DNA of 64,000 nt from Styela clava (taxonomy: Eukaryota), in assembly GCF_964204865.1 (NCBI RefSeq), contig NC_135259.1, positions 9,238,001 to 9,302,000 of the forward strand, in the 5' to 3' direction. Shown piece after piece: positions 13,824-28,400 of the stretch. The stretch's first letter is position 1. Each line of letters begins with the position of its first letter. The notes beneath the pieces are model-generated. The model was not told where the DNA came from. It worked only from the letters and a program-made list of their open reading frames with translations, and searched no databases. A program made the translations under genes and the position numbers.

Positions 13824-14156
13824 AATGAATCTATGTAAGTTTTTGACAATGTTTATATTGTGTATTGATTATAATATTTCATATTTTACTAAAAATAAAT
13901 GTGGAATTTTCATGCAAAATCACTTGGAATTTTTTCCATATTCATTGACTGACCAAATTTCTATTTGAATATCTATGGTAAATTCAACAATGAATCAATG
14001 TAAGTTTTTGACAATGTTTGTATTGTGTATTGATTATAATATTTGATATTTTACTAAATATAAATGTGGAATTTTCAAGCAAAATCAGTTGGAATTTTTT
14101 ATATATTCATTGACTGATCAAATTTATATTTGAATATCTATGGTAAATTCAACAAT
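13824..14156. repeat. Two-copy 165-bp tandem duplication
   Basis: tgaatc.atgtaagtttttgacaatg...ggtaaattcaacaa starts at 13826 and again at 13991; the copies are highly similar. Confidence 0.95.
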
Positions 14157-14677
14157 TTCATTTTAAATCTATTGAAGTACGAGCGATTTAGTCTTACAAT
14201 TCCTAATTTAGAATGTCATTGCGACATATAGTTGTTTGCAAAAAGAGCAAGAAACGCGTCAAGAAACGCGTGACACGTTTTCTTTTATCAATTGTTTTGA
14301 ATTATATGTAATATTGAGAACGAAAAAAACATAGAATTTCGTCACTCCAATTGATATGTTTTGTGTATCGCACTCATTATTCTTGGGATGTAATAACAAA
14401 TATGAAGTGAATTAATTAAATTGAATTAAATAGATAACTGAAATCTCAAACAAATATATATTTATATGATCCAGTCAGGTTTCAGTTGTATCGTGAAAGT
14501 CACTCACAATTAAGCCTAGAGGTACAACATGCATCTGAAGCACGTTCGCTTCTCACTGAATATGACATACTGCTTTATGACAGATACATACAAAACAATG
14601 TTACCTTTTTGCGGTTATAATCCGGTTAAATTGGCAGATGAAGCCTGTACTGTGCATGTATACTGTGAACGATCACT

Positions 14678-16633
14678 ATGTTGGAAGTTTTTGGATATAC
14701 ATTGCTGGTCATTCTGATAAATTTTACAAAAAACTGTGCGTCATGTGGAGATACACAGTGTATCAATATCAATTGGACGAAGGTAATAGCTATATATAAA
14801 AATAAAATAAAAAGATAGATATTTGTACTTGAAGCCATTTTTGCACTGATATAGATTCAAATAGGAGTAAGTTAATTTTAGATGCAGAGTTCTCATGCTT
14901 TCGATCATAAACTTTGATTATATTTATTCAGATTCATGAGACGCAACCATGGTACGATGTTATAGATGTTCCAACTCCTGAAAAGACCGTAGGTTGCTGG
15001 GACTTCGTTAACTTCACATTTACTGAAGGCGGCAGCTCTTTAAAATTTACCACGAAGGAAATTAAATCCGGGTGAGTAGTTGGTTATACAGAAGAAAAAA
15101 GTCGATTATGGCATTTTCTGAAGATAGAAAATTAACTTTTATCATGAAATTATCCTTTTATCGTTCTATGTATATAAGATTTATTGATATCACATCTTAA
15201 TAAAGCCAGTTGAAACAGCTCCAAAGATGAGCTACAAAAGATAAATATTTAAAGCTTTACCAGCACTTATTTGAGCCACAACCCTCTGTATCTGACAGTA
15301 GACAAAAGAAGAACCTCCTGAAGTATGCGCACCAAGATGGCGCACATCCTGAACTCAGGTTGAGTACCAGGTTAGGGTTCAGGTTATGCGACATCTTGGT
15401 GCGCATACTTCAGGAGCACCCAAAAGAAATATATGACGTTAGTCTTCAAACTTCCATCGTATTTGTTGAACAATAATAAGCTTCTCGATATTTTAAGCGA
15501 AGAGCATGATCTTCACCTCCAGAGAAAAGAAAATGATTGCAATTACCATATACAAAACAGTGATAGTAAGTTAAAATATTTTGATGAGTACAACGTCAAC
15601 GGAATTGATTTTTTTGAAAAATTGTAGAACCGTGAAAAAATAAAAAATTTCATTATTTAAATTATTTTATTGTATTTTAATGCAGAAATCACTACACTTC
15701 ACGCTTGCCTATAATCATATAATATTGCTCATACTGGATATGCATGTATGCATCATATATTTTCTCAGGCTGCATCTTGAAATTTAATATTATTTCTGCA
15801 GAAAGGCAGTTTAAACAGATTTATCAAGAATTCAATCAGGTACAATCGGTTTCAACATCAATTCAAGGTTGGTAGATGTTATATACTCTTTGCGTCACCA
15901 TCGGAGAATAGTTGTAAAACCTGCAATCAAGACTCAATCAGAGTACTTACAAACAAAAACAACAAAATTGAATTTGTGAAAAACTTTGAAACAATTTAAA
16001 ACAGAATTTTCAAAATTTTGGAATGCAAGCGATGGAACTAGTGGTGCAGAAACCCATTTGCGTTTGTTATTGGACACGAAATGTACATATAGATCGTTTT
16101 GTTGTGATGTTGTTGTTAGAATTATTTTTCATTTTATTATTGTTATTTTCAGATATTAACGTAGAAGCGCAACAAAATTTGGAAGCGGGATTTTCGTTCA
16201 TCACTGACTACCAAAATTACTTTATTATAATTAATTGTCTTGAAAAAGGTAAATTATGCATACAAATTTTAGTAAATATTGCTAACCCTAAGTCTGCAAT
16301 GCCAAATTTTAAAAAAGTTTAATAAATACTATTAATGTATTTTTCTTTTGTTAATTGTGCTGTACTAATTAATGGTGGATCTCATTGTTGCAAATATATT
16401 CGAATTTTTTTTTAATAATTTCTCTAGATACTTCGCCAATAAAAATTAACTCATCGTGCATTTATTTTAAAGATTGGACAGCCTTTGTGAAAGCAAGAAC
16501 TCGTCAAATCACTGCACTCCAGCTTCAAATGATCTCAGATGCTTTGGTCAATCGTGGTTTTTACTCCCCAATCATGACATTGAAAAATTTATGTGTTGAT
16601 ACAAAGGACCAATCAGATTTGGTTATTGTTTAA
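14678..16633 (+). CDS. Secreted lipocalin/calycin-family protein (ApoD-like, divergent), ~211 aa, 6 exons
   Basis: Phase-consistent exons 14678-14782, 14932-15071, 15498-15565, 15802-15867, 16153-16248, 16473-16633. Signal peptide MLEVFGYTLLVILINFTKNCAS; SCR1-like INWTKIHETQPWYDV; SCR2 ITDYQNYFIIINC; SCR3-like AFVKARTR followed by a C-terminal helix and a terminal Cys. Confidence 0.75.
15311..15420. mobile_element. 110-bp hairpin MITE with 8-bp TSD in lipocalin intron 2
   Basis: 25-bp inverted repeat ctcctgaagtatgcgcaccaagatg / catcttggtgcgcatacttcaggag; TSD caaaagaa at 15303-15310 and 15421-15428; internal gttagggtt. Confidence 0.85.
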
Positions 16634-17414
16634 AGAATTAGAATTTGCATTCAGAAATTTTCATTCGTGAAAGTTAAATTTATTACTTTACTTTTAAAAT
16701 GATATTCAGCTGCATTTTTTGAAACAAATATATTTGCCTGATTTATTGGCATAAATATTTTATTGAATTAATTATCGAAAAATCGGTTTTGGGTTTGAAC
16801 TTTCAACTTGATTAGTAATCGATATGTCGGTACATTATCATTTATACACCAGTCAATTTGATCGAACTTCCATCGTAGAAGCCATGGTTGGAGATAACCT
16901 ACTGCTTATTTATGCTGCAACGATGGTTTGAACACTCAAATAGAATTAATGCTGGCAGATAATTAAGTGCGGTCCCTTGCAAAATCTACTATTAGTCTGA
17001 CCCTGAATTAGTCTCAATTTCACTAATTGCTAATGTTATTGATGTATAGAAAGATTTTGCTTCACGGATGCTTTATAAACTATTCCTTATATAACTATCT
17101 GTTCAGTGTGATATATGGGAAGTTTATAACATTGTTGTCCATGCCGATAGTGTTTCCCGGACTTTCCGGTTTCCTTTACCAAACACACAGCTCTGTTAAC
17201 CCATGATGAGAACCTCTAAGGACGAAATACCAATAATCCAGTATTGTAACTTGGATAACACGAATTCTCACTAAAAACAATACTTTTTACTTGACATTCA
17301 AAAAACATATAGTGCTATGTAGTTTTATTAGAAACATTTTTTTATAATTTTCAGAAGTTCACATGAAAAAGTGTGATTTGACTAGCAAGTTATTGCTTTT
17401 ACTTAAACTAAAAT

Positions 17415-20400
17415 CTACATTTTTGTTTCCGTATAGTAATCATTTTCTTCTAACGTTTTACCTCCTTTCGTGTGATGCCGTTTCGCTTCTATTATCATTG
17501 CTCCGAAGAATATTGCGTTGGATACTGTGCACCCAAGTATCAAATACATAACATTGAAAGGATCTAGTTGAAATAAGAATCCTCCAAACGGCAGAAGTAT
17601 CATGCTACCCAAGGCTTGTCCTGCTGAGAATATAAAAATGTAATGGCCAGACATATTGGTGTATTGTGAAGTCCACGAAACTCCAGCAGGGTAGATTGTT
17701 GCTTGAAAAAATCCGAATAGGAATGTTACAGCCCACGTGATGCCAGCCACCCACTCTCCAAATATACATACAATTATCATAGAAGCTATAGTTCCACACA
17801 AGTCTACAATAATTATAGTCTTTGGTTTGAATTTCGTCATCAGATATATTCCAACCAAACGTCCAGATCCAAATCCAAGCCAATAGAGAGAGTTTATCCA
17901 CGTTCCGTTTGTAGGCTAGAAAAGAGAAATAATGTTTTGTTTTTAAACTAAATGTAACAAGATTTTAGCTAAAAGGCAGTAAAAAGTATACGGTTCAGAC
18001 TGAAAAAGACCTGAAAAGGGTTATATCTTATTTCAAAAATGGTCAAAATATTGAAGTAAAAATAAAACACCGTGTTACTTTTCATATTTCTATACTTTTA
18101 TTTTTAATCACATTGTGTCAAGTCAATAATATTTTTATAAAATAAGGGGTGTCTCAAAAGTAAGTATACACTTTTAATTTTGATTTACTTTTCAGGTACT
18201 CATCATAGAGTGTTTATTTCTTCATAAAACTTAGTATGGATAAATGGTAAAATTTTGGTATTGTTTGCATTTTTCATCAACCCGTAGAATGACAAGAAGA
18301 TTACCCCCAAGAAATGACGTGCAGGATTGTTGTTTGGCAAAAAGCATATAAATCGGTAAGGAAAACTCAGCGCCTCTTTAACGGAGAATTTAGAATTCAT
18401 TCGGCTCTGAATGTTTTTCTCAGAGCGTCTTCCTGATATTTATGTATCAACTACAGATCCAGTATCCATAAATTTACGATGAATTGCATGTATTGTTCGT
18501 CGTGTAGGGGCCAAATTAATTCCAAATTCTCTGTTAAACAGTTTGCCTTACTGATTTATAGGCTTCTTGTCAATTTTGCACCTCATTTCTTGGGTTGTTC
18601 TCCTCGTCATTCTGTGGGATGATAAAGAATGCAAACAATTCCTAAATTTTACTACTCATCCATACTATGTTTTCTTAAGAAATGAACGCTCTATAATGAG
18701 TACCCAAAAGGTGAATCAAAATCAAAAGTGTATACTCACTTTTGAGACAACCTTTATTTTAATAAAATACTAATTATCCTGAAATATTCCAACTTTTATA
18801 TTTACCGTGAAGCATAGTTCCGAGCAAATTGAAACCGAATAGATATAGCTTTGATAAGCAGTCTCTCCAGCCACACAAAAAAAGTAGTAGATGCATACAA
18901 GAATAAATAGAACAAGAACTTTTGATACTCCTTCTTCTTCCCGATCTTCTGTTACTTCATCTTTAGTTTCCCTGAACCCGATTATTGATAAATTAAATTT
19001 TCAGTTAATAAAACATAAAGATATCAGGAAAAATATTTGAAATTGTGTAACAAATTTGTTTTCTAAGTTAATTTCGATAAGTTAAATAAATTACAGCACT
19101 TGCATCCATATTTGCCTCATTTACACTTCTATGCGTATATGGGCAAATAAAATATTATAGTCTCGAGTGGATGTAATAAATTATGAATGCTTGAGGTACG
19201 TATTAATGACCACACAAAATTTTTAATCATAATCAAAAAATAAGTTATTTCTAAAAAGTCTTCATCTATCATTCGAGCTTGTAATCAAAGTTTGTATTCT
19301 CATTTAATGAAAGTAATTTAGAAATTCGGATACATATCGTTTTATTACCATCGAGTTATTTTTAAAAGCATCTACCTGACTCGATCTTCCACTTTCAACA
19401 ATCCCAACACAACAAATATTATAGTAACAACCACAAGAACAACTCCACATATTAGATATGACCAAACAATTGGATTGACCCCGCTCGTTTCCGCATCTGT
19501 CGACTATCCATAAAAAAAATTGTTTGGTATCATTATAATAGCACGTCAATATAAGACGAATGATATATATTTGTTATATTTAATTCGACTAATGAGATGG
19601 AAAAGTTACAAAAAATTGAACTATAAATCCAGCTTTTGTTAAAAAGATAAAATGAAGAAAAAAGTTCACTGACGCGAACTTACCCCATAATTTGGTACTG
19701 TGCTGTTATTTGCTATTGTCTGTACAATTTTGCAATTGTCGCTATCTTCAGGACATATCTCTTGCTGGTCTTGCTCTTTCAGAAATGGTTGTGCTACGTG
19801 AAAAAAAAACAATAATAACAGGTACACTTCTGGCTAATTCATTATAAAATAACGTATTGAAGAATATTGTCTTGTAGAAAATACACGATGTTACTTTAGT
19901 GGAATTTTCTTTTCTTTTTCCTGCACAAACTTTGACTCTCAACGAAAAAATATTTTTCTTCATTTTATATATGTAAATGATAATGTTACATTTACTTTGG
20001 TTCAATATATTAATTCGAGTTTATTTCTCATTTAATTGTTCAGCTCAATTAAAATTACTTCTTTGAAGTTTCTATACCGAGTATATATAAATATCATATT
20101 ATATTACCTATCAGAGGGGCAAAAAACGCTCCCACTGCTATTGTAAAATGGTATGCTGCAATATGTGGTCTCGATTTTTCTTCTCCCCAAATTTGTAAAA
20201 CCAATGCTTGCATTCCTGTGAAGTATAGTCAGTTTTTCTTACTTTTGAAGGAGTATACGGAAAATACTGCGGAATTTACCCCAAATCTGAGTTTGCAAAT
20301 TGTAAAGTATTACAAATTTTGTTCATTTCTCAGATTAGTTGAAAATGAATAGGATATTTTTATTCAGTTAACCTATTTTAACTGGATGAATTTAAAAATA

Positions 20401-21912
20401 TATTCAGAGTTAAAAGATTGTTGCACTGGCCAGTTCTTCTATCCACTGTTTATGGAAGACAAAATACTTTAGTGTCGCCAGAATGTATATTGGTATAGGG
20501 TTAAACTAAAATTTATCAAATAATATTATTTTTACCTGCATCCAAATATCCGAATGTTATGCCTCCTATTAACACGACTACGACAAGTAGCCATAGATCA
20601 ACGACCCATGGTGTTGCAGTTACCATCAATGCCAAAAGAAAGCAGGTCGCACCTATAGAAACAAATAGCAAAGTTTCAAAATATGTGTATTCTGTGAGCC
20701 ACGTAACCCAGGTCAATATAACACACTTATACTAAAAAGTTTTCTTTTGACCGAAATCAATTCAATACTTAAAATCTTAGAATATCGAGATTATATTTCT
20801 CATTCCACGACGAAAAGAAACGTAAATGATCTATTACTTGATCTATTTTTACACATGCCCTATACATGCAGCCTGTAAACACTTGCAGGCATTCGCTTTC
20901 TAAATTACGATCCAACGGTACAGATTGTTGCTGTTTGTTCTAACTGATGCAATAGAGATAGCCTCGATGTGGTGTGTAATTGTTTCGCTCAAAACAGAAA
21001 ACTTGGATGTCAACCTGTTTAGTCTATTAAACTTGCCAAAAAGTGAGAAGTTAAATGTTATAGTTTCTCTTGAATAATAGAAGCACCCTTTCGATACATG
21101 GTCGAGAAAACTCACATTATGTATCTTCAAAGGAAGTTGTAGTTATGATATCTGTTCCAGGCGAAAGACTATCATCTATTACATCTTTTAAAGGTACAAA
21201 ACTTGAAAATACATTCAAATTTTGAAAAAGTTTTTATTCTTTTTTTAGCGTAATACTGGATGCAATTGTCAAAAATATATTTACCAAAACTATACACAGC
21301 GTTCACTCTTTTCATTATAAACCCGGTAGCGATTCCTCCTGCCAATACGCCAGCAGATCGACCAGCAAATAACCATGATACTGTGCTAACCTCTTCGCCA
21401 ACGTTATCCGCAAGAGAAAGAAGTGTTGGTCCGTGTATGGAGATAAAAAGTCCCTGTTTCGACATGTTGAAAACATTAAATCAAAATATTGCAAATTTTG
21501 CCATCGACTTTCAAACAGAGCCTTGTCAAACCTTACTGGTATCAGAACAAATTATCATTGCTTACTTAATTATAAAAACCAAATTCAATATCGAAACAAA
21601 ATTTTACATGAATGATACGTTTGAATAGAAAAATTCAGAATAAGAATATAATCAATTATTCAGAGGTTCGAATACTTCATTTGTCAGTCATTACCGCATT
21701 ATGTATATACAAATGACATTTACCATAAAATAAAAACTATAACTTTGAAATTAGTGTATTTTTGAAAATTTCAGATAATTTCTGCATGGGACATATGTGA
21801 ATCAAGAACATTATATAAATAGCTTGTTCACTTTATTTTTTCCTATGTTGTTACTCATGTTCGTCACTTATTTCTTAGTATTGTTATACATATTTATGCA
21901 TACATCATAAAT

Positions 21913-21951
<39 letters not shown>

Positions 21952-22446
21952 CAACCATAGATATCACAAAATAAAAAATAAACATCTCACACTTCCGATT
22001 CTTGCCAACGAAATTGCCATGACTAGAGACCAAACCCATCCCCAGTGTGTTTTCAAGTCATTTCCGTTTTCATCTGTTTTCCCATCTTTATCAGATGAAG
22101 TATCTTAAAAAAGAGCAGCGTGATTCACCAATTCAATAAACCATAAATACATTTGACTTATTCGAAGCGTGTGATATGTACAGAATAAAAACTTAGGATA
22201 TATATGTATATGAATATTAAGCATGCTTTGTTTTAGGTGGAATTTTTACCAAGATAAAACTGAATTGATACAATTATAGAATATACTGCATTGATAGCGA
22301 CCATCACTACCTCTTTATTAAACTGGCACTTCATTTAAATATCATCAATGGAACTGTCATAAACAATTCAGAAAACTACATTCTGAATTTAGTGGAGTTA
22401 TCGGGGGTAAATAATACAATCAAAACTCACTTTTTTGTGTGTCCAT
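17415..22446 (-). CDS. MFSD4: Major facilitator superfamily transporter, MFSD4 / sodium-dependent glucose transporter 1 (NaGLT1)-like
   Basis: Phase-consistent exons 22446-22431, 22103-21991, 21453-21285, 20691-20536, 20215-20108, 19793-19684, 19503-19376, 18971-18806, 17915-17415. Family motifs GPTLLSLA, GRSAGVLAGG, LQIWGEEKSRPHIAAYHFTIAVGAFFAPLI, YWLGFGSGRL and FQATIYPAG, plus many hydrophobic TM segments. Confidence 0.9.
18145..18754 (-). mobile_element. Internally deleted Tc1/mariner-superfamily transposon in an MFS intron
   Basis: ~55-bp TIRs (aggggtgtctcaaaagtaagtatacactttt / aaaagtgtatactcacttttgagacaacctt) flanked by TA; minus-strand relic RRTIHAIHRKFMDTGSVVDT*ISGR matches the N-terminal HTH region (FxxTGSVxDxxRSGRP) of Tc1/mariner transposases. 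Confidence 0.85.
21917..21950. repeat. (TA)n microsatellite
   Basis: About 17 TA units seen directly. Confidence 0.95.
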
Positions 22447-25400
22447 TGTTTGCAATCCGTGTTATATGAAATTATTATGGTAGTTAAACTAGAATAAGTA
22501 AATTAATATTAAATCCCATTGAAAAATATCATTACAAAATCTTAAAAATGGGAGAAGATATGCAAACGAAAACAAAGTTTTAACTTTAGTAGATGTAAAA
22601 GTGACATACATCGTACGTTTGTTTCACTTATCTCCTATACCCGCTATGCACTAGCATAGTTCGTGACTGACTTTCCCTATGCGATTTTGCATTCTGACTT
22701 AAATGAGATTATCATGTTTATTTAAATTAAATGAGCAAATATCATAATACCCATTCCTAGAAATTCAAAATATTATAGTCACAAGGGAAATTGTTACGGT
22801 TCTTGATGACTTGCAGCACTCTTTCAATCCAAACTCCCATGAGGTCATTTGTCTGATTATCTACAATAAATTTTATTACAATAGCAAGATGCCGTGATTT
22901 AATTTAATCATGTAGTATGCCACAACGACGAATTCTTTTCGTCATTGAAACTAATCATTGCATTGCACTACAACTATAAAACTCACGACGAATCCCCAAC
23001 AATGAACAAACTTCCGAGCACACATATTAATAGTGAAATATTACGAGAATATAACAATGCCTATACATGCAGGTTTGGCAAAGATGGCTTTTATGTTTGA
23101 CTAGCATGAGTCAATATTGCCCTATGGTTGGAGTGTTTGGAGATGTTGAATCTTGTTATATAAGCCAGTAGGATAAGATAATCAAAAATCAATGAAAAAT
23201 TCGGCATGGATTTTGACGAAAATATTTTACACGTGCCAGTCACAGTCCTATATTGCGACGAGTATTTTCGGCCCAGGTATTATCTTTCATTTTAGGCTCT
23301 AACATCTGTTTCACATTCCGTTTCTATTAAATATCAACTCCAACACTTCGGCAATCATGATTAAAATATAGGAGAGCAATGCTTAAATATACGTAAACGA
23401 AGTAATACGGGTATGCAATCTGCCACAGTAGACTACCGGTATCGCAGTCTTCACGATTTCGCCTGGCCACGAGATAGCAACGAATTCGAACCAGGAACAG
23501 CAACAAGGTGCGCAATTTTCAATTTTGATGACGTCATCCCACACACAAAATATTAATCCCACAGATCTCACAAAAATTTTTGAAATATATAAAAGCAATA
23601 ACGACAAATACAGTTTTTAATCTCTAACCACTGAACTGAACACATTCTTCCGGTCACTTAGGGCTAGTTTAAGACACAAGTAAATATTTTAGTCTAATGA
23701 ACATAGCACCTAATTATTGCAATACAGCTCTTTTTTTGGCCCTTCTATTAATCAGCAATTAATGAGTATTGTATGGATCACCTCAAAAGAGATTTCAAAT
23801 GCTTCATACATTATAGTTGGGAATGCACCAAATATATTGCCTAGTTATCTATCCATAATTCAAAAATTTTCATAATAATGTCTGTTTATTATCTTCCAAT
23901 CACTGTGGAGTCAGTTGGTTATTGAAAATACTTTACCGAGAATTTTCAATATTGTCTCGAAGCATATTTGTTCAACGAAAATGAATAAGGCAAAATGGAC
24001 AAACATGATAATTCAAACAACAAGTATATAGATAATTTAAGATAAAGCTTGAAATGTTTTCTTGTTTCCGTGAGTAGATTTTAGAAATTTTTTATCAGCA
24101 GCTCGTATTTAGTCAACGGGTAGTGATGTTATTACCACAAAATATCAATTAATTTTTGTTGGTGCTTGAATCTCCACCAGTTAATGATTGAAAAACTGCT
24201 TCGTTTACGTATTAATTGTCTCCACGCTGTCGCCATATGAAAATATTTAAGTGAATAGCAAATATTGGTTTGGCGATGTGTCCGTATTCTTCAATTTGTT
24301 TAAATATATGCACAGAATTGCTTGCGTGTGCAGTAAATTTCAAAGCGTTTTGTAACAATAGATAAGCTATTCACAGCTGAATGCTCATGCATTTTCGAGC
24401 AAGCGAATCAGGCAATGATCTCTTAAAAAACATGCGTGACAAAGTGAATCAAAGTGGGTATTGCACTAATTGTTTAACGATCTATAGATTCTTAAAATAA
24501 AATAAAAAGCAAACAAGAGATTATGTTGTTTGAAGCTGATTACACAGTTCGCATTTTATCAACCGATATATGCTTAACCAGCAACTGTGAATGTTAGCTT
24601 ATCAAAATGCCCTTTTAGAAGCTATTTTTGAATTCACATAATTGGCAGCTTTGCGCAGTTTAATTTTTCCACCCTCTAATTCTCAGCGATATTTAGATGT
24701 ATTCCCGATAATTCAAACGATATAAACGCCTAATTCAACTTTAGGTTGATAGTAATCATTACAAAATAAGTTGGTTCTGGTGAAGGCACGCTACTCGTAA
24801 ACTTTAATTCTTCAGCTTATAGTGACGTTCGCAAGAGTATGTTAGGCGCTATTAACGGCTGCACAACTTTGTATAACAAAGAAATACACGATACTTATAG
24901 TTTTGAATATGAACTGTTAAATGGAATACCAATCCCCACATCATACCGCTTTTCTCAAACTCCTGTACAAAGAGATGCGTCTTTTCCGACGAGCTACTTA
25001 GTTTATTCTTCGAAAATTCATCATAAGGATACAACGAGGCCTATATTTTTTTTTTCTATTGTATGTGGTCAATTCATTACTTTAAACATCGTTCCTCAAA
25101 AACTACCCTTCGAAACACAAAAGAAAATTGAATCAAGCATTTGAGCTTTATTTTCTACATTTATTTCATACATCTATCACCGGTAATGAAAACACCAAAT
25201 AAACTATTCCAAACAACGTTATATCTGTGACTTGTCAGAAGCAGAAATGAATAGATGTTATTATACTTGTTTGAAATATTTAACGAAAAAATCAAACTTT
25301 AATTGCAAGAGGCATGCACTGAATGAGTTATTTACTGGTCGTAATTATTAATTGTTCAAGTGTATTTAGCGGGGAGAAATCAAACATCATAAAGTTTTTT

Positions 25401-25492
25401 TTCTGGTGATAAGCATCTTTCTTTATCTGGTTTAAAATTAAATTCTTCACATCGTCTTGTGATGATAATGGTGATGATGATGTGTAAAACAT

Positions 25493-28400
25493 CTATTGAC
25501 AACGTCCTTTGTAGAAACGATATCTGAAAAAGGGGGAATTCACGGTTAACACAATTATATTTTCTTATAAAAAAGAGTAATCTGAAGTAAAATTCATTGT
25601 CGGAGACAAACGAGGAAGGATAAATATGACAAGTTACTTTTGCACATCTTGAGTGTAATCGACCGTTGTTGCTTAAACAGAAATTAAATGAAATACTGAG
25701 TTGATGAATTTCTTATGAGTGCTACAAGTTTCTAGGAAGAAAAATCGTTGCTTAAAATGAATTTTGATACTAAATCTCATGTTGAAAATACGCGGTTTCA
25801 ATATTTTCAAATTTCATATTACTTACGTTTCACTTAATGCGCAATGCATGCATTTATTTGCTTCACTCTGGAACAGAATCTCTCCGTCTTCTAAAAACCC
25901 TGTAGCAACGCATACTGGATCAAATTCTCTAGTACAATGTCCCCTTTTCTCCTTTTCATTGCAGTTCTGTGTCAGAAATAAATGTTTGTAAATTTTTGTT
26001 AGCCTGGATTACTGCACCTAATTGTTCCGATTCTGATTGCTTTGTAACAATAAAAAAAAACAGGAGAGACGAAAAAAACAAATATCAGACTTTGTCACTT
26101 TCACAACGTAAGACAGGAGTAAATTATCTAATTAGATATTGCTGTTTTGTGGGCTGGTACATACCAGCTGCTGTGTTTTTAACAAAATTACCAAAAACTT
26201 TTTTTTAAATCATCTTTGACTTATTGTCTGATTGAAAATAGGCCGAGGAAACCCTTGTGCAATAGATTAAATGTGTTTTATTATCTGAATTGCTTTTAAG
26301 TGTAGCAAGTTTAATAACAGTCAAAAATCTAATATCTATTTGATAATATTCAAACAATATGCAGACACTTGCGCCAGAACCCTAGGGTGACGCGGAACAC
26401 CGAATGGAAATCATTGTCCAAACAACTCTGATTATTATTTTTCGATATGCGTAATTAAGAATATCATGACTAAGGTATTGAGTAAATAGGCGCGAACGAA
26501 TATAAGAATTACGAATTACTGAGATCGAATACCATATGCAAATAAATCAAAAGTTCCATGCCAGAAATAAAAATTTAATAATAAGTATCTTACATAAAGC
26601 TCAAGGTGTTCCATCATTTCTAAATGAGAATTAAAGGAATAAAAAAATCATTAGAACAACAATACTATATTTGACATTATGCAAGCAGATTTTTCATATT
26701 AAAAATATTACGAAACAAATAGCAAATAGGTCGGGAGAAAAGGCAGTGAAAGCTATTTATTTATTGAATAGTAAAGTATTCAAATATGTTCAAATGTAAA
26801 ATATTTTCTCTGAGTCATTGCCTATTCATCATAAATTTAATCAAAATCTCTGCCTACAATTAAAAATTGTAACATTAAAAAAAGTACCTTTCTTTTTTGC
26901 CTCAATGCATTCGGCCTTGGGAACGCAAATACGTTCATTTGGACTCTTTTGCATCTGTCCTTCTGGGCACGAGCAGTAATCCCCAAACTTGCATTGAAGT
27001 GTGCAGGGTGAATTTTCTCCTTTCATATTTGGATTATCGCATGTTCCTTCACATGGTTCGCAATCAGAGTATGTACTTCCAGCAGGACACATTTCTTAAA
27101 GTAAGGTTTTGGCACATAAATATTGTTACAGAAGTATGGCAATATTTTATAGCTGATTTGAATTAATGATATGAGTTTTAATATGTCAGCCACACATAAC
27201 CACAACATGATATAAATTCCAGTATATTGATGTTTTAGAACAACATCATTACAACAATCATTAGAACAACAATATTATATTTTACATTATGCAAGCAGAT
27301 TTTTTTTATAAAAAAATATTACGAAATAAATAGCAAATAGGTCGGGAGAAAAGGCAGTGAAAGCTATTTATTTATTGAATAGTAAAGTATTCAAATATGT
27401 TCAAATGTAAAATATTTTCTCTGAGTCATTGCCTATTCATCATAAATTTAATCAAAATCTCTGCCTACAATTTAAAATTGTAACATTAAAAAAGTACCTT
27501 TCTTTTTTGCCTCAATGCATTCGGCCTTGGGAACGCAAATACGTTCATTTGGACTCTTTTGCATCTGTCCTTCTGGGCACGAGCAGTAATCCCCAAACTT
27601 GCATTGAAGTGTGCAGGATGAATTTTCTCCTTTCATATTTGGATTATCGCATGTTCCTTCACATGGTTCGCAATCAGAATATGTACTTCCAGCAGGACAC
27701 ATTTCTTAAAGTAAGGTTTTGGCACATAAATATTAATACAGAAGTATGGCAATATTTTATAACTGATTTGAATTAATGATATGAGTTTTAATATGTCAGC
27801 CACAAATAACCACAACATGATATAAATTCCAGTATATTGATGTTCTAGAACAACATCATTACAACAATCATTAGAACAACAATATTATATTTTACATTAT
27901 GCAAGCAGATTTTTTTTATTAAAAATATTACGAAATAAATAGCAAATAGGTCGGGAGAAAAGGCAGTGAAAGCTATTTATTTATTGAATAGTAAAGTATT
28001 CAAATATGTTCAAATGTAAAATATTTTCTCTGAGTCATTGCCTATTCATCATAAATTTAATCAAAATCTCTGCCTACAATTAAAAATTGTAACATTAAAA
28101 AAAGTACCTTTCTTTTTTGCCTCAATGCATTCGGCCTTGGGAACGCAAATACGTTCATTTGGACTCTTTTGCATCTGTCCTTCTGGGCACGAGCAGTAAT
28201 CCCCAAACTTGCATTGAAGTGTGCAGGGTGAATTTTCTCCTTTCATATTTGGATTATCGCATGTTCCTTCACATGGTTCGCAATCAGAGTATGTACTTCC
28301 AGCAGGACACATTTCTTAAAGTAAGGTTTTGGCACATAAATATTATTACAGAAGTATGGCAATATTTTATAGCTGATTTGAATTAATGATATGAGTTTTA

